DNA of 64,000 nucleotides from contig JBCKKZ010000002.1 in NCBI GenBank assembly GCA_038904015.1, positions 8,369-72,368 on the forward strand. Direction: 5' to 3'. The stretch's first letter is position 1. Each line of letters begins with the position of its first letter. Below, piece by piece: positions 52,188 to 60,740 of this stretch. Made by a program: the position numbers and the translations under genes. The notes below the pieces were generated by a model. It saw only the letters and a program-made list of their open reading frames with translations, was not told where the DNA came from and ran no database searches. The stretch is from Burkholderiales bacterium (lineage in GTDB: Bacteria; Pseudomonadota; Gammaproteobacteria; Burkholderiales; SG8-39).

Positions 52188-55073
52188 TCACGTCAGCCGC
52201 CACTGCACACTGAAGAGCGGCTCCTGCTCCAGCTTCTGTTCGAGCCGCTGGCCGATCTCGTCGAGCAGGGTGTCCTTCTGCCGGTCGATCTCGCGGCTCG
52301 CCTGATCGAAGGCGCGCCATGCCTCGTCGCGTTTGCCCTCCAGGACCCGGGCTTCTCGCTGGCGTTCCAGCTTCTCAGGAAGGGTCGGGGCGAGGCGGGC
52401 TGCCTTCTTGGCAGCCTTGAGTGCGTCGTCCAGTTCGGTGAGTTCCGCCTTGAGGGAGGTACGGCGATCCTCGGCCCAGCGGTCGAGTTTTTCCATCTCC
52501 ACGTCGAACCAGCGCCCATTGCGAATCGCCAGTTCCTCAAGCAGTGCGCGCTGACGGCGCGTGTGGGTGTCCGCGAAGACCGAGGCAATGGCGTCAGGAA
52601 TGGTGCATGTTGGCCCCACGGTGCCCGGGAGGTCGAACAGGCGGCGGCATTGGGCGTCGTCGAGCGGCTGGCCAGTGTCGCTCACGCCAGCGAATAGCAA
52701 ATGGTCCTCCGTCTCCATTGCGTTAACCGTCAGGCGGGCGCAGGCAAGCCAGCCGCCGGTTCCGAGCAAAGGTTCAAGAATCGCGATCTTTTTGCCGCTG
52801 TCGCGATAACGAAAGGTCACCTCGGCCGGTGGCGCGCCAAGGGCACGGCCCAGACCGAGGACACGCTGGGCGAGCGGGTGGCCGACCCGGTAGGTGTTGG
52901 CGTCCTCGGTCCGCTTGCCCATGCGGTACGGACCCGGATGGATCGCTTCGCCGGCGAAGGGATTGGTGTGCAGCATGAAGCTGAAATCCGCATCCTCGAA
53001 GTTGGCGTGCTCGCGCAGCAAGTAGCGGGTCAGGCGCCAGAGGCGGTTGTTGAACTGGTCGAGAACGTCCTGACTCTCGATGCGGACTTTCTCGACCACC
53101 TCCTGATCGAAGTTATCGAGGAGCTTTTCGCGGGCGTCGCGCTGGCCCTCGGCGATTTGCGACTCCAGGTCGCGCTGGAGCTGGTCGAACTCGAACTGGA
53201 TCTGCTCTTCGGTGCGGCACTTCTGGTAGATCGCGGCGATGCGCTTCTCGAAGTCCACGCCCGATTCGACCGCACCGAGCACCTCATCGCTGGCCCCGAA
53301 TACGCCGCTGAAGAGACGGAACTTTTGATCGAGCAGCTCGTAGACGCGTTGGTCGGCGGCGTTGGATTTGTTGAGGAAGTTCACGACAACCACGTCGAAC
53401 TTTTGTCCGTAGCGGTGGCAACGGCCGATGCGCTGCTCAACGCGCTGCGGATTCCACGGCAGGTCGTAATTGACAACCAGATTGCAGAACTGAAGGTTGA
53501 TGCCCTCCGCTGCGGCTTCTGTGGCGATGAGGATGGCGGCCCCGTCGCGGAAGTGCTCCACCAGCGCCGCGCGCATGTCCGCGCTGGGAGAGCCGCTGAT
53601 CCGGTCGGTGCCGGTGTGCCGCTCGACCCAGCGTTGATAGATCGCCTTTGAGTTCGGATCGTTGTTCGTGCCGTTGAAGAGCATCACGCGCCCGGCGAAC
53701 TCGGTCTGCTCCAGCAGACGGAACAGGTACTCCTGGGTGCGGCGCGACTCGGTGAAGATGACCGCCTTCTGCTGTAGCGCCGGACCGAGCTGCGCGGCCT
53801 GGGCCTCGGCGGCGGCGGCAAAACCGCGACGCAGGGCGGTGAGAAGGACTTCACCTTTCGAATTCTTGATGATGGACTTCGCGAGCTCGTGGAATTCGCG
53901 AAGTTCGGCCATCTCTCGCTTGAGGCCGGAGAGCTGCTCGGGCGTGAGCCGCGCACGCTCTTGCGGCGCCACTCCGTCTCCGTCCGCCTCCCATTCGTCG
54001 GTCAGCTCGTCCAGTTGCTCCCAATCCTCCTGCAGGGTCGGCGGCGGAGACTCCACGGCCTCCGCAGCCGTTGCGGCGGCCTGAAGCCGCTGCACCATGC
54101 CATCGAGGGTGCCCGAGATGGCAAAGGTCGAGGATGCAAGGAGCTTCCTTAGAATCAAGGTGACGAGCTGACGCTGGCTTGCGGGCAGCGCGTACAGCGA
54201 CTCCCGCTGAAGATAGCCGGATACGAGGTCATAGAGCCGCTGCTCGTCGGGCGTCGGGACAAACTCCTGCACGAGCGCGTGGCGGTTGGTGTATTTCACA
54301 TACTCAAGCACCTGCCGGCGCAGCGTGCGCTTGCATAGCGGGGCCAGCCGTTCCTTTAGTTCGCTGAAATCGGCGTCGTTGCCGATGCGGGCGAAGCGGC
54401 TGCGGTAGCTTTGAAGATCGCCGAAGGCGAAATCATCAATGATGCTGACAAGACCATACAGTTCCAGCAGGGAATTCTGCAGCGGCGTCGCGGTGAGCAG
54501 TACCTTCGGAAAGGGGGCGACCGCTTGCTTGATCGCCGAGGCGATCTTGCTCGTGTTCTTGTAAACATTGCGCAGTCTGTGGGCCTCGTCGATGACGACA
54601 AGATGCCACGGCGTCTGGCGCAGATAGGCTTCCTTGCTGCGCGCGAATTGATACGAGCAAAGGATGATGCGGTCCTGCTGGAACGGATTGAGATTTCCGG
54701 CACGGATCGCCTCGTTGAAGGTGCGGTTCTCCAAGATCACCGAAGGCAGATAAAACTTGTCCTCCAATTCCTGGCTCCACTGCTTGCGCAGGTTTGCCGG
54801 GAGGATCACCAGCAGGCGCCGCTTGCGCTCGGCCCACTTCTGGGCGAGCAGCAGGCCCGCTTCAATGGTTTTCCCAAGGCCGACTTCGTCGGCGAGGATC
54901 GCACCCTTTGAAAAAGGGCTGCGGAACGCGAAAAGCGCGGCCTCGACCTGATGGGGGTTCAGGTCCACCTGTGCGTCCGCGAGTACCGAGGCGAGCTTTT
55001 CGACGCTATCCGAAGCACAGCGCTTCGTCAGCTCATGGGCAAGGTACTTTGCGTGGTAGTCGGTCAACTCCAT
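52188..55073 (-). CDS. SNF2/RapA-like helicase
   Basis: LADEVGLGKT, IDEAH, LLTATPLQN, EGINLQ, PWNPQRVEQRIGR. Confidence 0.9.
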   Translation of the reverse strand: MELTDYHAKYLAHELTKRCASDSVEKLASVLADAQVDLNPHQVEAALFAFRSPFSKGAILADEVGLGKTIEAGLLLAQKWAERKRRLLVILPANLRKQWSQELEDKFYLPSVILENRTFNEAIRAGNLNPFQQDRIILCSYQFARSKEAYLRQTPWHLVVIDEAHRLRNVYKNTSKIASAIKQAVAPFPKVLLTATPLQNSLLELYGLVSIIDDFAFGDLQSYRSRFARIGNDADFSELKERLAPLCKRTLRRQVLEYVKYTNRHALVQEFVPTPDEQRLYDLVSGYLQRESLYALPASQRQLVTLILRKLLASSTFAISGTLDGMVQRLQAAATAAEAVESPPPTLQEDWEQLDELTDEWEADGDGVAPQERARLTPEQLSGLKREMAELREFHELAKSIIKNSKGEVLLTALRRGFAAAAEAQAAQLGPALQQKAVIFTESRRTQEYLFRLLEQTEFAGRVMLFNGTNNDPNSKAIYQRWVERHTGTDRISGSPSADMRAALVEHFRDGAAILIATEAAAEGINLQFCNLVVNYDLPWNPQRVEQRIGRCHRYGQKFDVVVVNFLNKSNAADQRVYELLDQKFRLFSGVFGASDEVLGAVESGVDFEKRIAAIYQKCRTEEQIQFEFDQLQRDLESQIAEGQRDAREKLLDNFDQEVVEKVRIESQDVLDQFNNRLWRLTRYLLREHANFEDADFSFMLHTNPFAGEAIHPGPYRMGKRTEDANTYRVGHPLAQRVLGLGRALGAPPAEVTFRYRDSGKKIAILEPLLGTGGWLACARLTVNAMETEDHLLFAGVSDTGQPLDDAQCRRLFDLPGTVGPTCTIPDAIASVFADTHTRRQRALLEELAIRNGRWFDVEMEKLDRWAEDRRTSLKAELTELDDALKAAKKAARLAPTLPEKLERQREARVLEGKRDEAWRAFDQASREIDRQKDTLLDEIGQRLEQKLEQEPLFSVQWRLT

Positions 55074-56060
55074 TCACGCCGTCTCCGATCCCCTCATTCG
55101 CTCGCCATCGGTCCGCGGCAGGCTGAAGGGGAAGCGGCGGCCCGGGCCGACGGCGTCCTTGAGGCGCTCCTTGTCCACGGCGTTGACGTTGAATGGCGGA
55201 TTGGCGAGCGCGAAGTCGAAGGCGCCCACGGCCTTGTGCGGGTCGTCGTAGTAGCTGTTGACCTCGCCGCCGTGGCGGATGTCGCCCTCCAGCCCGTGCA
55301 CGGCGAGGTTCATGCGGCACAGGCGCCCGGTCTCGTCGGTCTTCTCGACGCCGAAGATAGAGAGTTCGGACGCGGGGTTCTTCTTGTGCTCGGCGACGAA
55401 GCGCGCGGACTGGACGAACATTCCCCCTGAGCCGCAGGCGGGGTCGAGGATGCGGCCGTGGAAGGGCTCGAGGATCTCGACCATGAGGCGCACGATGGGC
55501 GCCGGAGTGTAGAACTCGCCGCCCTTCTGCCCCTCGGTGCGGGCGAATTGGCCGAGGAAGTATTCGTAGATGCGCCCGAAGGCGTCGTAGTCGAGGCTGA
55601 CGGGGATCTCGGAGACTTTCTTCAGCAACTCCTTGAGCAGGGTGCCGTTGAAGATCTGGTAGTTGCGCGGCAGCACGCCCGCGAGCTGCGCGTTGTGCTT
55701 CTCGACATCGGCCATCGCCTCGTTGACGGCCTTGCCGACGTTGCTCCCTTCCGGACGCTGAAGCAGGAAGTCAAAGCGCGCGTTGGGCGTCAGGAAGAGG
55801 ACGCCCTCGGCCTGGTAGGCCTTGGGATCGTCGATGCGCGATGCGCCACGGCGCGGCGAAGCGCCCGCCTTCTCCAGTTGCGCCCGCCGTTGCGCGAAGC
55901 GCGCCTCGGCGAAGCGCAGGAAGATGAGGCCGAGGACGGGCGCGGAGTACTGCGCCGCCTTCAGCCCGGAGTTGGCGCGGAACTGGTCAGCGGCGTCCCA
56001 GAGGCGCTTTTCCAGCTGATGATTCGCGTCGTCTTTCTCGGTTGGTGCGACCCAGCGCAT
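55074..56060 (-). pseudogene. hsdM: Type I methyltransferase HsdM, C-terminally truncated
   Basis: GEFYTP, LDPACGSGGMF, ANPPFN; similarity ends at LPRTD. Confidence 0.85.
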
Positions 56061-56089
56061 GCGCCCTCCCCTGTCAGTCTGCGTTTCCT

Positions 56090-56425
56090 CTATTCGCCGT
56101 ACATCTCCGTGATCATCCGTCGCAGCAGCGCGGCGGTCGCCGGTTCCAGCTCATCGAGCCGCCGGCCGAGCCGCTGCTTGCTGATGGTGCGGATCTGATC
56201 CACCGCGATCTCGGCCCTGCGCCCCGCGCAGGCGGTCTGAATCCGGCTCCGCCAGCGCGGATGCAGTTTGGACGTAAGCGGACATACGACCACGGTGTCC
56301 AGGAAGCGGTTCATGTCGTCCTGGCTGACGACGACGACCGGCCGGGTCTTGGCGATCTCGCGTCCACGCGTCGGGTCGAGGTCGGCGAGGTACACGCCGT
56401 AGCGCCCGACCGCGCGCGTCACCAT
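56090..56425 (-). CDS. mazF: PemK/MazF toxin
   Basis: LDPTRGREIAKTRPVVVVS...CPLTS...DQIRTISKQRL. Confidence 0.88.
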   Translation of the reverse strand: MVTRAVGRYGVYLADLDPTRGREIAKTRPVVVVSQDDMNRFLDTVVVCPLTSKLHPRWRSRIQTACAGRRAEIAVDQIRTISKQRLGRRLDELEPATAALLRRMITEMYGE

Positions 56426-56712
56426 TTTTCACCGGGCTCGATGCCGTCCGCGACCGTGCCGTCGAGGTCGCTCCAGTCTTCCTTCACGCGCGTCATGTCC
56501 CGATAGGTCTCCTCCCAGGTCATGCGCTTGTCCTTCTTGCCGCGCAGCAGCAGCCCCTCTTCCCGCGCTTCCAGCACGAGGGCGTCCTTGATCTCGTAGC
56601 GCTCCAGCACCGCCTTGGGCAGGCGCACGCCGCGCGAATTGCCGATCCGGATCACTTTCAATTCGACCTTCGCCGGGTTCCTTGGCGCAGCGGGCAGCGG
56701 GTCGCGCTTCAT
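56419..56712 (-). CDS. AbrB/MazE antitoxin
   Basis: IRIGNSRGVRLPK. Confidence 0.85.
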   Translation of the reverse strand: MKRDPLPAAPRNPAKVELKVIRIGNSRGVRLPKAVLERYEIKDALVLEAREEGLLLRGKKDKRMTWEETYRDMTRVKEDWSDLDGTVADGIEPGEKW

Positions 56713-56743
56713 GTAATTACTGTACTTACATCCAGACCGGCCG

Positions 56744-57520
56744 TCAACGCGTTTGATCCAGTTCGTTGAGCGCCGAGTAGAAGAGCTGGATCCAGAGGTA
56801 GTTGGCGTTGTCGGTGCGCGGCAAGCCGAAGGGGAAGCGGCGCGCATTTCCCTTCGCATCGTGGCCGACGGCGTCCTTGAGGCGCTCCTTGTCCACGGCG
56901 TTGACGTTGAACGGCGGATTGGCGAGCGCGAAGTCGAAGGCGCCCACGGCCTTGTGCGGGTCGTCGTAGTAGCTGTTGACCTCGCCGCCGTGGCGGATGT
57001 CGCCCTCCAGCCCGTGCACGGCGAGGTTCATGCGGCACAGGCGCCCGGTCTCGTCGGTCTTCTCGACGCCGAAGATGGAGAGTTCGGACGCGGGGTTCTT
57101 CTTGTGCTCGGCGACGAAGCGCGCGGACTGGACGAACATGCCGCCCGAGCCGCAGGCGGGGTCGAGATGTTGATGCGGGGAGAGGGATGCGCCGAGGAAG
57201 GTTTCGTAGATGCGCCCGAAGGCGTCGAAGTCGAGGCTGACGGGGATCTCGGAGACTTTCTTCAGCAGCTCCTTGAGCAGGGTGCCGTTGAAGATCTGGA
57301 AGTTGCGCGGCAGTACGCCCGCAAGCTGCGAGTTGTGCTTCTCGATGTCCCCCATCGCCTCGTTGACGGCCTTGCCGACGTTGCTGCCTTCCGGACGCGC
57401 GAGCAGGAAGTCGAATCGCGCGTTAGGTGTGAGGAAGAGGACGCCCTCGGCCTGGTAGGCCTTGGGATCGTCGATGCGCGATGCGCCACGGCGCGGCGAA
57501 GCGCCCGCCTTCTCCAGTTG
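56744..57520 (-). pseudogene. hsdM: Second hsdM fragment (internal deletion, both ends missing)
   Basis: Near-identical to ~55120-55880 but lacks the GEFYTP segment. Confidence 0.85.
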
Positions 57521-57612
57521 TGAGGCAAGAGGACTGGAAATCTCTGGTCGGCGATGGGCTCCTGGATTCCCGGGGGCCCTTTGCATTTCCACGGCCCAAG
57601 AGAATTCGAGTC

Positions 57613-58020
57613 CTATCCCCTTTCGACGAACCCCGCCATCGTCATTGCCCGCTCTGGAAACGCCTTGAGCACTGCCTTGTCCGCGGTCACCAGCGGAACG
57701 GCAAGCGCCTTGGCCAAGGCGACGAACTCGGCATCGTAGGCGGAGAGGCTTGTTTCCCCGACGATCTGGAACACGTTTTCGCTGGACGCATGGTGCTCCC
57801 GGCCGGAGAACGCCGTTTCCGCCGCGGTCATGACCTGCGCGATCTGCCTGGCATTGAGGGTGCCGTCACGCAGGTAGCCGGTGAGGATGCTGCGCATCTC
57901 GGAACGCCAAAGCAGCGGCACGTGCCAATCGGGATCCTTCTCCCAGACATTCTGCGCGGCCCCGGTGAGCGGCCCGTTGATCCAGTAATAGGCGATGACG
58001 TTGCTGTCGACTACGATCAC
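57613..58020 (-). CDS. vapC: VapC PIN toxin
   Basis: MIVVDSNV...SAYDAEFVALA...LVTAD. Confidence 0.88.
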   Translation of the reverse strand: MIVVDSNVIAYYWINGPLTGAAQNVWEKDPDWHVPLLWRSEMRSILTGYLRDGTLNARQIAQVMTAAETAFSGREHHASSENVFQIVGETSLSAYDAEFVALAKALAVPLVTADKAVLKAFPERAMTMAGFVERG

Positions 58021-58253
58021 ACCCGGCCCTGGCGCTTGTAGCGGGTCACCTTGGAGTGATCCACCCGGGGCAGCCTGGCGACAAACGCCCTCAGCGCCCG
58101 GGCGTGCGCCTCGACATCGACGACCGGCGCGGCGAACTCGGCCTCGAGGCGCATGAGAATCTCGCTATTGAGGCTGCGCCGGTTCTTCTCGGCGCTTTCC
58201 CTGAGCCGGGCATGAAGCTGCGTCGGAATGTTCTTGAGGGTCAGATTCAGCAT
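58017..58253 (-). CDS. FitA/Arc-like RHH antitoxin
   Basis: LTLKNIP...RRSLNSEI. Confidence 0.82.
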   Translation of the reverse strand: MLNLTLKNIPTQLHARLRESAEKNRRSLNSEILMRLEAEFAAPVVDVEAHARALRAFVARLPRVDHSKVTRYKRQGRV

Positions 58254-58290
58254 GGAGATCTCATTGGAACCAGAATGGAACCATTGTAGC

Positions 58291-59943
58291 TCAGGGCCGC
58301 GGCGCTTTACGCACCTCGCTCCAGGCGGCGCGCAGCCAGTCGAGCGCGCCGTCGCGCTGCCACAACGCGTGATGCGCTTCGCGGTATTCCCACGCCTCTT
58401 GCTTGCCGCCCATGGTGATGCCGGGGCCGGCGTCGGGTTTGGGCTGTTTGGGCGCGGCGGCGAGCAGCATTTCGATCGCGACGCGGTGCTCCTGCGCCGC
58501 AGCGCGCAGTGCGACGAGCGCTTCGCCCCGGCGCTCCAGGGATACGAGGGCGAGGATGCGATTCAGAGCCGGGCCGCAGAAGTCATCCGGATAGCGCTCG
58601 GTGAGCGCCACGACCTTCTCCGGCCAGCCGCGCGCGAGATAGGCGCGCGTCAGCGGTTCGCGCACGAAGTGGTTGTCGCCGGGATTGAGCGCGAGCAGGC
58701 GCTCGGCGACACCGACAAAGCGCTCGTGCGACGCGCTCCGGTCCATGGCCGCGGCCGCGCGGTACGCGAGATGCGCGAGCATGCGCAGCGCCGGCCGGTT
58801 CTCCGGCCAGCCCCATTGCAGCGTAGCGCCGCCCGCGGCGGCGGCGAGGTTGAGTTCCAGCAGCGCGGCGCCGCGCTCTAGCAGCGGCTCGAGGATCGTC
58901 GCCCCCGCACCCATGGGCTGCAGGACGTCCACCGCCATCGCGAGATCGTCGAGCACGTCGAAGCTCTGCCACGCAAGCGCATGGCGCTCGAGAAAATCGA
59001 GCCAGCGCGCAGGCGTGTTCCACATGCCCTCGAAGCCGTGCTGTGTCGCGATCAGGCCCGGCTTGGTTTGCGGAAACACCTTGCGCCAGCGGGATTCGAA
59101 CGCGGCGAGCGCGGCGAGCGGTTCGAGCACCCACCCGGACTCGCCGCGGTCGGCGGCCGTGTACTGTGCCTGCGGCGCGGGCGCCGCGGCGAGCAGCGCG
59201 CCAAGCCGGTCGAGACCCGGAAAGCGCTTGGCGTCGCCTTCGGCCATCGCCGCGTGAGGATCGGCGTGAATTCTGCGCAGGAAACCGATAAAGCCGGCAA
59301 GCTCGGGATCGCGCTTGCGCTCCAGCCGCGAAATCCAGAAGCGCGCGCGTTCGCGTGCCTGCTCGATTTCGCCACGCGAGACGAGCAGCGTCAGCTCGAG
59401 CGTCGCCAGGTTCGGATCTTCGGGGTCCTCGCGCTGCGCATCGCGAAAGCTCTGCCATGCCGCTTCGAGGTCGCCGCGGTCCGCGAGTATCGTGCTGCGC
59501 CGCTCCAATGCGGCGACGCGCAGGCCGCGCTCGCCGCGCACGAGCACCGTGGCGATCAGCCGCGTGCGCTTGCTGTAACCGCTCAGATCGAGCGTGCCGT
59601 GGAGCCGCAGGCAGCAGTGCTTGTACTTGCGGCCCGAGCCGCACAGGCAGGGCTGGTTCCTCCCGGGAACAGCGAGCCGCCGGATTTGAAAGCCCGCCTC
59701 GGGCAGCGGCATCGCGTTGTAGATCGCGATTCCCATCGCCCGGAACGCAAGGCCCGGCGGCCCGGTGCGCGGATCGATCCCGCGCGCGAACTCCGGGGCG
59801 AGGTCCGGACCGTGGCGCGCGATCCAGTCGAGAAACGCCGGCGCGTCGGCGGATTTCGCGAGCAGCTTTGCCGAGGCCTCGAACAACCCGAACAAATCGT
59901 CCTCCGGGCCGTTCTCCTCTGCGCTGCCGGGAGAGCGAATCAT
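58291..59943 (-). CDS. SEC-C motif / TPR-like protein (possibly internally deleted)
   Basis: GRNQPCLCGSGRKYKHCC; WPENRPALR...LNPGDNH. Confidence 0.65.
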   Translation of the reverse strand: MIRSPGSAEENGPEDDLFGLFEASAKLLAKSADAPAFLDWIARHGPDLAPEFARGIDPRTGPPGLAFRAMGIAIYNAMPLPEAGFQIRRLAVPGRNQPCLCGSGRKYKHCCLRLHGTLDLSGYSKRTRLIATVLVRGERGLRVAALERRSTILADRGDLEAAWQSFRDAQREDPEDPNLATLELTLLVSRGEIEQARERARFWISRLERKRDPELAGFIGFLRRIHADPHAAMAEGDAKRFPGLDRLGALLAAAPAPQAQYTAADRGESGWVLEPLAALAAFESRWRKVFPQTKPGLIATQHGFEGMWNTPARWLDFLERHALAWQSFDVLDDLAMAVDVLQPMGAGATILEPLLERGAALLELNLAAAAGGATLQWGWPENRPALRMLAHLAYRAAAAMDRSASHERFVGVAERLLALNPGDNHFVREPLTRAYLARGWPEKVVALTERYPDDFCGPALNRILALVSLERRGEALVALRAAAQEHRVAIEMLLAAAPKQPKPDAGPGITMGGKQEAWEYREAHHALWQRDGALDWLRAAWSEVRKAPRP

Positions 59944-59959
59944 GCCTAGATTTCGACCT

Positions 59960-60361
59960 TCAGGCCCTGGGCGCGGCGACGCGGGGCTGGGCGCCGGCGC
60001 GCGCGGCCTGCTTCGCCAGATCCAGATCGAACGACAGGAAGCGCCCGGCTTTCGCGCTCAGCGCGAGGTGCAACGCATCGGCGATCTCCAGGCCGCCTTC
60101 GGCCCAGCGTAGCGCCTGAAAGACGGCCTCCGCGAGCTGCGGCTTGACGTTGGGCAGCGACAGCAGCTCGCGCAGCGGCCCGATGATCCCGGCGCGCGGC
60201 GTGTTCGCGGAGCGCAGCACCCACGCCAGCTCGAGCGTTACCGTGATCGGAATGAAGTACTCCGCCCCGGCGTCTTCCAGCAGGGCGCGCGCGGCGCGCG
60301 CCTGCGCGGGATCGTCCGCGAGCAGGTAGCGCGCGAGCACATTGGTGTCGAGCGCGATCAC
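59960..60361 (-). CDS. vapC: VapC PIN toxin
   Basis: MIALDTNVLARYL...ELAWVL...IADALHL...SFD. Confidence 0.85.
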   Translation of the reverse strand: MIALDTNVLARYLLADDPAQARAARALLEDAGAEYFIPITVTLELAWVLRSANTPRAGIIGPLRELLSLPNVKPQLAEAVFQALRWAEGGLEIADALHLALSAKAGRFLSFDLDLAKQAARAGAQPRVAAPRA

Positions 60362-60675
60362 CGGCGCCGGCGCGCGCGGGTAGCGCTGGAGGTGCGGCCG
60401 CGCGCATCGTCTTCGGCCACGGCGCGCAGGATCGCCGCGTCATCGGCCCGGGCGGAACCGCGGCCCCGGGCGAAGGGCGACAACGCGCCGGCGAGACGCC
60501 GCACGTGAGTGACGTGAGCGGAGTGACCGGAGGAGCGGATCGAAACCTTGAACGCCTTGCCGGGCAGGAGCTCGACCTCCAGCTCGGTGCCGCTGCGAAT
60601 GCCGAGCGCCTCGCGCACCGCTTTCGGGATCACCATCTGCCCCTTGCTGGAGCTGCGGGTGGATTCCATGCGCAC
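60358..60675 (-). CDS. AbrB-family antitoxin
   Basis: SSKGQMVIPKAVREALGI. Confidence 0.82.
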   Translation of the reverse strand: MRMESTRSSSKGQMVIPKAVREALGIRSGTELEVELLPGKAFKVSIRSSGHSAHVTHVRRLAGALSPFARGRGSARADDAAILRAVAEDDARGRTSSATRARRRR

Positions 60676-60740
60676 CTCAGGTAAGACGTTGAGGTAAGAC
60701 GATACTCCCGCGGGGCGGGGCAGTCAACCGCGCTGCCGGC

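Noticed and set aside
52188-55073. DISARM or BREX system
   Set aside because: No DrmA/B/C, PglZ or BrxC-like genes; the context fits a Type III R-M locus
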